23,574 nt of DNA from Chiloscyllium plagiosum (taxonomy: Eukaryota), in contig NC_057759.1 in assembly GCF_004010195.1 (NCBI RefSeq), positions 5,446,154 to 5,469,727 on the forward strand, written 5' to 3'. Made by a program: the position numbers and the translations under genes. The notes beneath the pieces are model-generated. The model saw only the letters and a program-made list of their open reading frames with translations, was not told the DNA's origin and ran no database searches. Of the stretch, positions 1 through 10,092 are shown piece after piece. Numbering within the stretch: the stretch's first letter is position 1; the number at the start of each line of letters is the position of its first letter.

Positions 1-176
1 CGAAATGGGGTAGCGTACATAAAGAATGGTGAGAGAGAAAAAAATTGTAATTCCTCCATAATATTTGACTCTTGATTTGAAAATTTCTCTCTGGAAATTG
101 AGTCAATGTGTGTCTAATTCAACCTGCTCTATAACTATGGAAAAGAACGTTCTTCAGTCTGACAGCAGTAACATAC

Positions 177-258
177 CTGCTGTTTGTTAGAAGGAACTGA
201 ACACACTTGGCTTTGTACTGAGGACATATTACACTGTCTTGGTCCTTCAAGTAATTGT
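177..258 (-). CDS. Short exon, paralogue of 5303-5357
   Basis: Acceptor gtctcttctgtcttcctccag, donor CAGCAG|gtatgt, 82 nt. The frame NYLKDQDSVICPQYKAKCVQFLLTNS aligns with the paralogue with a 27-nt in-frame indel. Confidence 0.6.
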
Positions 259-469
259 CTGGAGGAAGACAGAAGAGACATCATCTGTAAATCAACATTA
301 AGTCAATGAAATAATTTAATCATCATTAGGCTGTGTTTCCTTCAAGACAGCAATTCCAACAGGACCATAGAGCTAATTCTATTCTTGGCCTGAGCTGCTC
401 TTTGGTGACTGTATCAAAATAATCTGTACCAATTCACTGAGAACCAGATACTAACCAATACCTCTACAA

Positions 470-1945
470 ATGGGATAATCTAATGCAAGTGCATGTCTGG
501 ATATGAAAGTTTCCTTATCTATCCATAGTTGTCAGTTTCTGCTCAGTGAATGTGTGGGGACAATTATCAAGATGTACCTGTTAAATGCTGCTCTGTGAAT
601 ATCTGAGTGCAATTATCAAATTGCAATTATCAGTCAGCAAAATCTGTACAAATGTGCAAGTGAATGCAGTTATCAATCTGTCCCTGTCACACTCTGGTAA
701 ATATATTTACATTTTCAAATCACAGAGACAAATAGGGACAGACTGATAACTACACTCATTCATTCACATAGCATAAACCGACAGGTGCAGGTTGATAACT
801 GAACTCATGTATCCACATAGAGGAAACTGCCAGGGACTAGTTGATAAATACATTTTAAATAAATTGGATCAGTCTCTATGTGTTTCTCAGACTGATAACT
901 ACACTCATTCATTCACATAGCATAAACCGACAGGTGCAGGTTGATAACTGAACTCATGTATCCACATAGAGGAAACTGTCAGGGACTAGTTGATAAATAC
1001 ATTTCATACATTTTAAATAAATTGGATCAGTCTCTATGTGTTTCTCCGATGTGGATATGCGAGGTTAGTTATCTATATATACCTGTTGGTTTCTGCCCTG
1101 TGAATGTGTTTGTTTGCTTACCAATCTGTCCTGAACAGTTTCTGCTGTGTGTCTGAGAGTGTATTTATCAACCTGAACCTGTCAGTTTCAGCTATGAGAA
1201 TGCGAGTTTCCATATTAGTCTCTACCTGTCAGTTTCTGCTGTATGAATATTAAATGCAGTCATCAATTTGTATCCATCAGTTATTCTGTGAGAATGTAGA
1301 TATTGATCTCTACCTGCAAGTTTAAGCTATATCAATACGGGAGAGCAATTATCAAACAGTATCTGTCAGGTTTTGCTATTTACCCTAGAGTGTCATTGTC
1401 AATCTGTTTCTTCTATGTCAATATGACAGTGTAGATACCAATCTGTCCTTGTCAGTTTCTTCTTTGTCAATATGTGAATACAGTTATTGATCAGTACCCA
1501 TCAGCTTCTGCTCTGTGAATGTGGATGTATTAGTCAAACTGTAGCTGTCGGTTTCAGTGATGTGAATGTGGGAGTATAGTTACCATTCTTACCTGTCATT
1601 TTCTTCTTTGTCAAAGTGAGTGTAACTGTCAATCTGTACCTTTCAGACTCTGCTCTGTGAATACATAAATATAGTTGTCAATCTGTAGCTGTCAGTTTCT
1701 GCTTGGTGAATATGTTTGTGTCATTGTCAATCCTTCCAGTTTCTACTATGTGAACATGTGAGCTGAGTTTTCACCTGTCGCTATCAGTTTCTGCTTTGTG
1801 AATGTGAGAGTTTAGATATCAATCTCTGTGTGTCAGGGTCTGTAATGTCAGTGTTTGAGTGTATTTAATCATCTTTTCCTGTCAGTTTGTGTGACTGTTG
1901 TTCTCAACCTGTACCTCTCAGATTGAGAGTGTCATTATCAATTTG
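470..1945. repeat. Degenerate ~48-49 bp minisatellite, block 1
   Basis: Recurring unit like AGTTATCAATCTGTACCTGTCAGTTTCTGCTCTGTGAATATGTGAGTGC. GTCAGTTTC-like cores at about 1451, 1499, 1547, 1594, 1642 and 1691. Confidence 0.85.
739..1046. repeat. 149-bp near-perfect tandem duplication
   Basis: Units start at 739 and 888. The second carries an extra 9 bp (ATACATTTC). Confidence 0.95.
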
Positions 1946-2412
1946 ATTTGATCTGCTTTTTTATTGTTACACGCACTGAGATACAATGGAAAGTATTGTT
2001 TTGTGTACTTTACAGGCAGATAATATCATACAAAATGCTTCAGGGTAATAGAACAGAATCCGCAATACAGTATTAAAACTTCAAAGAGACAGACATTAAT
2101 GCTAAAAATTGAGCAAGATTAGAGTGGTGCTGGAAAAGCACAGCAGGTCAAGCAGCATCCGAGGAGCAGGAAAATTGACGTTTTGGGCAAAAGCCTTTCA
2201 TCAGGAATGTCTGAAACGTCGATTTTCCTCCACCTCGGATAATGCCTGACCTACTGTGCTTTTCCAGCACCACTCTAATCTTGACTCTAATCTCCAGCAG
2301 CTGCAGTACCTACTTTCGCCTTAAAATTTGAGCAGTCCATTCAAAGGTCTGATAACAGCAGAGAAGCTGTTCTTGGGTTTGTTGGGTGGTGCATTCAAAC
2401 TTCTGTATTTTC
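1945..2412 (-). mobile_element. Decayed LINE 3' end (possibly Rex1/Babar-like), split by a PLE-derived insert
   Basis: Resembles a common fish/shark LINE 3' region. The sequence is continuous across the TSD at 2103-2115 / 2322-2334. Confidence 0.4.
2116..2321. mobile_element. PLE-derived short palindromic element with hammerhead core and 13-bp TSD
   Basis: Inverted arms spanning 2114-2283. TSD TAAAA(A/T)TTGAGCA at 2103-2115 and 2322-2334. The minus strand reads CTGATGA-AAGGC-TTTT-GCCC-AAAAC-GTC at 2177-2204. Confidence 0.85.
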
Positions 2413-2664
2413 TGGTGGTAGCTAGGAAAATATTAATTTTTTCCAGAAGATAGGGTGATGAGTAAAAGACAGATGGAGAGAGAGTCCAAAGAAAGAAGAA
2501 CAATAGGACTTACAAAGGAGCGGATAACTGTCAGACTAAGTGGGTGAATAGTCTATTAATAGGGCCTGTTAGTGGCTCACAATTGGAGGTGTATAATAGC
2601 AGACTCTTTGTTAACAAGGCTGGACATGTGGGGTTTTGGGTAATGACATAGGAGAGCTCAAATC

Positions 2665-2925
2665 CTGTAGTTGTTGAACTCAATATCGAGTCCAGAAGGC
2701 TGTTCAGATCCCAAGCAGTAAATGAGGTGCTGTTCTTCCAGCTTGCACTGAGCTTCACTGGAGCACTGCAGCGAGTCTGAGACAGCGAACAGGGTGGTGT
2801 GTTGAAGTGGCAGGCAACTAGAAGCTCAGGGTCTTTTTGTCTGGATAGAATGTAGGTGTTCAGCACAGTGGACACCCAATCTACACTCAGTTTCCCCAAC
2901 ATAGAGGAGACCACATTGTGTGCAA
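2665..2925 (-). mobile_element. Penelope-like element, GIY-YIG endonuclease fragment
   Basis: Frameshifted translation gives CGLLYVGETECRLG...KDPELLVACHFNTP...QCSSEAQCKLEEQHLIYCLG...QPSGLDIEFNN, typical of vertebrate PLE C-termini. Confidence 0.88.
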
Positions 2926-2940
2926 TATCTTTGCCACCAT

Positions 2941-2975
2941 CAGTTCTGAAGACAGGTCACTGGACCTGAAATGTT
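2941..2975 (+). ncRNA. Minimal type I hammerhead motif (PLE pLTR), 3' flank truncated
   Basis: CTGAAGA-C-AGGTC-ACTG-GACCT-GAAA-TG-TT with a perfect 5-bp stem II, inverted relative to the adjacent GIY-YIG fragment. Confidence 0.75.
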
Positions 2976-2979
2976 TGTT

Positions 2980-3520
2980 TTGTTATCAATCTCTGCCTGT
3001 CAGTTTCTTCTCAGTGAATATGCAAGTGTCGCTATCAAAGTGTACACGTCAATGTATGCGATTTGAAATTGGGAGCATAATCAATCTATTCCAGTCAGTT
3101 TCTGCTTTATGAATATGAGAGTGTAGTTACCAATCTTTCTCTGAAATTTACTGCCATCTGCATGTGTGAGTTATTAACCAACCTGATCCTGTCAGATTCT
3201 GCTCTGTGCATCTGAGAGTGCAGTTATTAGTCTGTATCTATCAGCTTCTTGTTTATAAATGTGCAAATTCATTTATCATACTGTACCTGTCACGTTTTAC
3301 TATGCAAATGTGTTAGTCTAGTTATCAACCTGTACCTGTCATATGTGTTTGTGCATAATTGTTGTTCTCTCCCTTTCAGTTGCTGCAAGGTGAGAGCAGA
3401 TATTGATTGATGCCCGTCAGATTTGGCTGTTTCCATACAAGAGTTTAGGATTTGATGTATACATGCCAGTTTCTGCTGTGTGACTGTGAGAGCGAAGTTC
3501 TCAATGAGTTCCAGTCACTT
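2980..3520. repeat. Same minisatellite, block 2
   Basis: The same unit (TTATCAATCTCTGCCTGTCAGTTTCTTC...) resumes after about 1 kb of inserted elements. Confidence 0.85.
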
Positions 3521-3589
3521 TCAGCTCTAATATATCAAAGTTGCTCAATTCTCTGGCAGCCAATAATATACTAAGAGTCTACTGGTGTC

Positions 3590-3790
3590 CATGGATCTAT
3601 TGTTGATTGCCAGAAAAACTCATCTGGTTCAGTCATGTCCTTGAATGAAGGAAACTGCCATCCTTCCCTTGTCTGGCCTACATGTGACTCCAGACCCACA
3701 TCAATGTGGCTGCATGGGTAGTTAGGGATGGGCAATAAATGCTGGCTGAGTCAGTGATGCCCCATCCCATGAATGAATGAGAAAATAAAA
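3590..3790 (+). mobile_element. SINE body with LINE-derived 3' tail, 5' truncated
   Basis: Ends GGCAATAAATGCTGG...CATCCCATGAATGAATG plus an A-rich tail. The tail resembles the LINE ends at 7220 and 15245. Confidence 0.7.
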
Positions 3791-4433
3791 TTCAGTGACT
3801 GAGATTCAATCTGGTAATAGTGTTTAGGGTGTTGAGATCGGTCCTTAATCTCCTATGCATTTTGTGACTTATGACTCAATCACAGAATTGGTACAGCCAT
3901 TCAGCCTGTTGTGTCTGCACTGGGACATTCTATTCCTTATCTGTTCTCCATACTAGTTTCCATTAATTGTTGGGATTCTGATCTTCATTCACTCACTCAC
4001 TGCCAGTGTCTCGATGTAAGTGCCAATTTAAGATTAGTTCTGCAGTTATCGGCCTTTGAATACCTTTGAATAGTGCCAGTTTTGACAAGTCAAGGAAAGG
4101 ATGTTATTCTCTTTCTATGTTCAGTGATTTTTTTTTCCAGTCAGGGTGTTAGGATAAACCCATTCACTATTTGATAGACCTGAGTGATTGAGGGATCAAT
4201 GTTGGTTCATTACTTATCTTTGCAAAGAATCTGAATTTTATTGTATTCAATCTCAGTTTTCTTTTTACATTTTGCGTGTGCAGTAGTGTTTGGCAGTTGC
4301 TGCTGGGCACTGCAATAATGTAACATCTAATACTAACATCTTCTGAAGCGATTAATAATGTGGTCAGTCAATTTATGACTGTCCATATCTGGAAGCAGTT
4401 GTGGGCCTTAATTACACTTTTTTCACCTTTTAC

Positions 4434-4471
4434 CGGCTGAGTGAGAGAGAGTTTTTGGTTGTGTTGCCAAT
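4434..4471 (-). CDS. Candidate 38-nt linking exon (phase 2 to 1)
   Basis: tacag|ATTGGC...CAGCCG|gtaaaa. Joins 5303-5357 to 177-258 in frame (RLATQPKTLSHSAD). The acceptor is weak and an alternative AAG lies 8 nt upstream. Confidence 0.35.
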
Positions 4472-5302
4472 CTGTACCACTTTAAAGAATTGAGATCACA
4501 CAAACATTGTCTGTATGTCTCTGTGTGATTCCAGTTCTGATACACTTTATGAGGTGGTTTTAAGGTCTTATCAATCAGTGTTTCATACATTAAAAAAGTA
4601 TGGAAATGCTTCTGCATTACTGAGGCCCTCAACCAGAATGGGAGCGTGCATGAAGTGTGTTTTCATCAACACTCGGCTGAGAGTGAGAATGAGAGAGACA
4701 GAGAAAGACACAAATGCGTATGTACGTATGTGAATGAGCATTAAGCATCCTCTCTAAAAGCATCCTCTGTAGATAAGGCTTGACCAAGAGGTTCATTTGA
4801 AATTTACATTGTTGTCTTTGTACAGGACAACTGTTTATCAAAAGAATAATTTTGGCCTGCTCAATTACTCATAAGTGTCCAACATTGCTTCTATATCTGC
4901 ACTCAAATATACACTTCATATTTATATTTGTTATAACCATGTAACACCATGATTGGTTTGTTCAAATTGATTGTAACTTTAAAAATGCTAAATCTACATA
5001 TGAATTTAATGCAGCTCATAAATGTGTATTTATAAGCAGAAAGGCTAACCTGCTTCTAATCTTATGAACCTTCACAAACCTTGCAATCTGATGAATGATA
5101 ATTGGCTTTGAATAATGGAATTTACTGTCACTGAGGTGGTAAACACTGAGAACAGGGCAAAATAATATCGATTTATATACCGTCAGTTGTGTTTAACTCT
5201 TGGATTAAATGTGTACTTCTGGAAATGGAGCTCAATGTGTGTCTGACTCAATCCACTCAGACAGTAGAAAGGACATTCTCCTCTCTGACAGTGGTAACAT
5301 AC

Positions 5303-5357
5303 CTGCTGGGTGTGAGAAGCAGTTGGTCACTCTTGGATTGATCCATCAAATATTTGC
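5303..5357 (-). CDS. Short exon, paralogue of 177-258; may contain the start codon (ATG at 5346)
   Basis: Acceptor ctctctcttttgtctttctccag, donor CAGCAG|gtatgt, 55 nt. The only open frame is KYLMDQSKSDQLLLTPS. Confidence 0.6.
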
Positions 5358-5571
5358 CTGGAGAAAGACAAAAGAGAGAGCTCCTGTACATCACTAGCAG
5401 CTGAGTAGGAAGACATCAAATGATCAATGCAATATTCAGATCATGATCATTATAATTCTCTTTGTTTTTGAACAGGGCAAGGTGAACAGTTCCACTCAAG
5501 CTCCTTGCAGTCTTTTTCTGTTTCCCAAATTCTAAAACATTTCATTTAGATAAAATAAAATCACCACAAAT

Positions 5572-5853
5572 GATTAGATTAGTTACAGAGTGGAAACAGG
5601 CCCTTCGGCCCAACAAGTCCACACCGACCCGCCGAAGCGCAAACCACCCAGACCCATTCCCCTACATTTACCCCTTCGCCTAACACTACGGGCAATTTAG
5701 CATGGCCAATTCACCCAACCTGCACATTTTTGAACTGTGGGAGGAAACCCGAACAGACACGGGGAGAATGTACAAACTCCACTGAGGCGGGAATTGAACC
5801 CGGGTCTCTGGGGCTGAGGCAGCAGTGCTAACCATTGTGCCACCGTGCCGCCC
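5572..5853 (-). mobile_element. HE1-type V-SINE with internal deletions
   Basis: tRNA-like head GGGCGGCACGGTGGCACAATGG (A box), GTTCAATTCC (B box), partial V domain, CR1-type tail ending in TAATC repeats. Confidence 0.92.
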
Positions 5854-5937
5854 ACTATGGAATGATTACACAGTTCAATGTCCAGCTCCCAATATATTAA
5901 CTGTTGAAAAACAAATACTGGGAACGATTTCACATAC

Positions 5938-5972
5938 CTGGAGACGTTTATCCGGTGCCTGCTATATTTATC
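5938..5972 (-). other. Candidate 35-nt exon, probably 5' UTR
   Basis: cctgtgtag|GATAAA...CTCCAG|gtatgt with a strong donor. Carries a TAA in the frame of the next exon. Confidence 0.35.
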
Positions 5973-6238
5973 CTACACAGGATTATCACATTTGTTTTTA
6001 CTGTCCTTTATTTCAACGTCTATTCGCAACAAACAGCGTGAACCAGAAGCCAAAAAATGATTTCCCATCAGTGTTTAGGGGATTGCAAACCACAAGAATG
6101 TCCGACAGCAGCTTCTTCCCGCTCTGCCTCCCTCAGCAGGCCCACACACAGCCCGAGAAAGGCCTCTCTCTTCCCCCCAGCCTGCTCACTCCAAGTTCCG
6201 GGACCAGTTCCTGCTACGCTCGGCCTCTTACGGCCTCT

Positions 6239-6320
6239 TTCCTGAAGAAGGGCTAATGTCGATTCTCCTGTTCCCTAGATGCTGCCTGACCTGCTGCGCT
6301 TTTCCAGCAACACATTTCCA
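6239..6320 (+). mobile_element. PLE pLTR fragment with deleted hammerhead core
   Basis: CTGAAGA-AGGGCT followed by loss of GCCCGAA. The downstream GATGCTGCCTGACCTGCTGCGCTTTTCCAGCA matches the arms at 2114-2283. Confidence 0.8.
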
Positions 6321-6324
6321 CCAT

Positions 6325-6900
6325 TAAAATAATACATAAAGGCGGCGTTCGTTATTAATGCGTTCACGCCGAAGAACGTTCATGAAATCCTCACAGGGCT
6401 GAATGAGAGTGTTGGTTCTCTCCGAAGACAATCTCGAATTGGAAGGAGCCTGCTGTTCCCTCGCTTCCCTGGGCGCTGATCTCTCCATTGCGGTCTGTTT
6501 CAAACAAACCTCTTGCACTCACTGAGTAAATGCTCCTCAACGGCAGCGCTGGGGGAGGGCCTCACGCATGCGCTCCTTTACTCAGGAACAGTCAGCTTTG
6601 GGAAAGGGGCAGAAACGGGCTTGCGATGTTTTCCCAATGATTTCCAGAAACAAACATCAATTGGTCATTTCCCCATTTCCCTTTTCTCCCAGGTTGACCA
6701 AAGGAACTGGGGCTGTGGGGGAAAGGGCAGACAACGTTTCAAGCTGGGAACTTTCCCTTTATGAAGCTTCAATGGTGCTCATTCCCGGGTCATGTTAATA
6801 ACTCCTCCCTCCGGCTCTCTCACAATCTGATCAGGGAGCGGGGAAACTGGCGGCCACTTGGCCCATCCCCTGTGCTCCCCCATTCGATAACATCACGTCT
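6325..6900 (-). promoter_or_regulatory. CpG-rich promoter-like region with candidate first exon ending at 6523
   Basis: Locally high CpG; NRF1-like GCGCATGCGT (6564-6573); CCAAT at 6634-6638 and ATTGG at 6660-6664; minus-strand donor CTCA|gtgagt at 6517-6522. Confidence 0.45.
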
Positions 6901-7217
6901 GATCGAATGTTAACTGTGGTATTTAATCCTGCTGACCCTTCATCCACAAATATTAACTCCTTGACCAAAGTATCATACCGAGAGATGGAATAAGTAGACC
7001 AGTCTTACGAAGGCAGAAAATAACTGATGGAGAGAGTCTTGCGTCACAGTGTCAGAGCTTATTTCTGGGTCAGGAGACCCGTGGAAAAGTCAGACCTGGT
7101 GTGCAATAACATCTCTGGGACTCGATTTAGTTTGTTGTGGATGACAGATTTTAGTGTCATGTATGCTGCAGACAGAAACCTTGTGATGTATTGTATGCCA
7201 AACGAGAGACCCCAGCT

Positions 7218-7512
7218 GTTTTTGTTTATTCACTCCTGGAACGTGGATGTCGCTGGCTGAGCCTACCATTTATTCTCCATCCCTTTGAGAAGGCGGTGGT
7301 GAGCCACCTTCTGGAACAGCTGTTGTCCATGTGCTGCCCACAATGCCATGAGTTCCAGGGTCTTGATCCAGTGACAGTGAACGAAAGCGGTTTTATTTCC
7401 AAGTCAGCATGGTTCCCCTTGGAGGGGAACTTGTCCGACATCAAGGCCGTGTTCCCTGACATCAGCTGTCTTTATCGTTTTCGATGGAAGTAGTTGCGAT
7501 TTGGAAGGTCGT
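7218..7512 (-). mobile_element. L2/CR1-clade LINE 3' fragment
   Basis: Colinear with 15245-15520 and has the same tail type as the SINE at 3590-3790. Confidence 0.7.
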
Positions 7513-7787
7513 CCTTTTACAAATTACAAAACTCGAATCTCTTTGTCAGCGGCACAGACAGAAGTCTCTCTGGCCGATAGTGTGAAATCAGAATAGTGTG
7601 TTGTCTCCCTGGTGTCAGGATCAAGGATATCTCAGAGAGAATGCAGGATATTCACAAAGGGGCGTACACATTGGAACTAACTACACAGGAAGGGAAAGGG
7701 ATGATATTCCGAAGGAAGAATAAGGAAGAGAGGCAAGATCTTGGAAAGGAGGTCCTCTCCAGTTGTAATATCTAGATTACTCCCGCT

Positions 7788-8001
7788 TTAGGGTGTAGGT
7801 TCCTGGGGTTTGTGGTGATGTCATTTCCTGGAACCCCATCCAGGAGAAAGATATAAATAGAAAGCAGGAGACAACAGCATCGCTTCACTCGCCTCTGATG
7901 ATGTTACCTAGCTAGGTAGTGAAACGTCTGGATATCAAACCTACAGCTCAGCGAGCAAACCTACACCTCAACCTGAGCTAAAAACCTTCACAAATCTTGG
8001 A
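7788..8001 (+). mobile_element. 214-bp PLE-derived insertion in CR1 ORF1 with 12-bp TSD
   Basis: TSD ATTAC(T/G)CCCGCT at 7776-7787 and 8002-8013. Contains ATATAAATAG and a hammerhead motif. Confidence 0.85.
7891..7932 (+). ncRNA. Minimal type I hammerhead motif with all core nucleotides
   Basis: CTGATGA (7895-7901), T, stem II GTTACCT-AGCT-AGGTAGT, GAAA-CG-TC. Predicted cut after GUC at 7928. Helix I is weak. Confidence 0.8.
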
Positions 8002-9284
8002 ATTACGCCCGCTGCTACGATCGACTGAGGGTAGGAATAGGATGAGAGAGCAGAGGAATGCCCAGCTCAGGAACTGGTGCAGGAGAGAGGTGTTCAATTT
8101 TTGGATCATTGGAATCTCTTCTGGGGAAGGCGTGACTTGTAGAAAAAGGATGGAATACACCTGAATTGGAAGGGATCTACTATATTGGCAGGGACATTTC
8201 CTTGAGCTACTGGGGAGGGGTTAAACTAGCAAGGTGTAGGCGTGGGGTGAGGTCAGTGGGAACCGGGGAGATAGTGAACAAAGATATCAATCTGAGGCTG
8301 GTAGTCGGTAAATCAAACACCCAGGGCAGACAGGAACATAGCAGAGAATGTGGTTGGATTGATAACTTAAACTGCATTTATTTCAATGCAAGAAGGAGGG
8401 TGAACTCAGGACATGGTTAGGAAAATGGGATTGGAATTGGGATATCATAACAATTACAGAGACAAGATTTGGGGATGACACAACTGGCAGCTTAATGTTC
8501 CAGGAATCAAATGTTACAGGAAGGATGGGGGGAGGGGGTCAGCAAGAGAAAATGGGGAGTGACATATTTGGTAAGAGATAAGCTCACACCTTTACTGAGG
8601 CTTATATCCATGGAAATTTTTTGGATGGAAATGAGAAATAAGAAAGGGTTTAATCACTTTATTGGGATTGGACTGTAGACACCCTAACAGTCAGCAGGAA
8701 ATTGAGAAACAAATTTGTCAGGAGATCTTAGATCTGCAGGAATAATGGTGTGGTTTCGGTGAGGGATTTTAACATTCCAAACATAGATTATGGCTGCTAT
8801 ATTGTTAATGGTTTAGACAGAAAGGAATTTCTTAAGTGTGCACAAGAAAAGTTTCTGATTCAGTATGTGAATGCATCTTCTAGACAAGGTGCAAATCTTG
8901 ACCTACTCTTGTGACATAATGATGTGTCAGTGGGGGAGCACTTTGGGACCAACGACCATAATTTAATTAGTTTTAAAACTCTGATGGAAAAGGATAGACC
9001 AGATCTAAAATTTGAATTTCTAATTTGGAGGAAGGCCAATTTTGAGAGTATTGTGCAAAAACTTTCAAAAGTTGACTGACGGCAGATGTTCGCAGACAAA
9101 GTGATGGCTGAAAAATGGAAAGCCTTCGAAAATGAGGGTACAGAGACAGTATGTTCCTGTTCGGGTGAAAGGCATGACTGGTAGATGTAGGAAGTGCTGC
9201 ATGAGAAAATAAGTTGAGGTTTTGGTCCAAATAAGATGGAAACATATGTTAGTTAAATACAGGAGAAGTTGAGTGAATCCTTCG

Positions 9285-9361
9285 AAGAGTATAAAGGCAG
9301 TAGGGATATACTTAAGAAGGAAAAGAGTATAAAGGCAGTAGGGATATACTTAAGAAGGAAA
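9285..9361. repeat. 38-bp perfect tandem duplication in CR1
   Basis: AAGAGTATAAAGGCAGTAGGGATATACTTAAGAAGGAA repeated at 9285 and 9323. Confidence 0.95.
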
Positions 9362-9947
9362 TGAGGAGGGCAAAAAAGGGACATAACATACCTTTGGTAA
9401 ATAGTGTTAAGGAGAATTCAAATAGATTTTATAAATACATGAAGGTCAAAAGGGTAACCAGGGAAAGAAGAGGGCCCCAAGGCAGCCGATGTGTAGAAGA
9501 AAAGGAAAAGAGGAAGATACTAAGCGAGTGCTTACTGAGGAGAGGGAAATGGAAGATATAGAACATGGGGAAACAGATAGTGATCTTTAAAAATGTCTAT
9601 AATGCAGAGGATGTACTGCTGGGTGATTTTATACAGAAAAGGTGGATAAAGCACGAGCACCCGATCAGGGGGACCTGGAATATGGTGATAAGCTAGGGAA
9701 GTGATTGTTGGGCCCCTTGCTGAGATATTTGTATCATCCATCGTCACAGGTGAAGTGCAAATAGACTGGAGGCTGGCTAATGTTGTGCCACTATTTAAGA
9801 AAGGTGGTAAGGAAAAGCCAGGGAACTATTGAACAGTGAGCGTAACATCAACGGTAGGCAAACAGTTGAGGGGATTGTGAGAGACAGGATTACATCTTTT
9901 TGAAAGGCCAGGATTGATTAGGGGTATTCAATATGACTTTCTGTGTG

Positions 9948-10092
9948 GGAAGTACAAACTTTCGGAGTGCTGCTCCTCCATCAGGTGTCTGGATTTAGAA
10001 AGCTTGTACTTCCAAATAAACCTGTTGGACTATAACCTGGTGGAGTGTCATTTTTAACTTTGCACTCCCCAGTCCAGTACCTGCACCTCCAC
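9948..10092. mobile_element. PLE pLTR fragment with short inverted arms and degenerate hammerhead
   Basis: Arms at 9948-9963 and 9998-10013. The minus strand reads CTGATGG-A-GGAG-CAGCA-CTCC-GAAAG (A9 mutated). Confidence 0.75.

Noticed and set aside
470..3520. Minisatellite as a CRISPR-like array or coding repeat
   Set aside because: Units are contiguous and degenerate with no unique spacers, the context is eukaryotic, and there is no sustained open frame.
5790..5853. tRNA gene
   Set aside because: The A and B boxes belong to the SINE head, with the V domain and LINE tail attached.
6903..6921. TCGAATGTTAACTGTGGTA resembling the H1 TG-box context at 11734-11751
   Set aside because: No H1 box or histone sequence at the expected distance. 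The short match may be chance.
7009..7064. Possible minus-strand exon EISSDTVTQDSLHQLFSAF (cccag|...|gtaaga)
   Set aside because: Splice sites are plausible, but there is no homology support and its phases do not fit the best exon chain.
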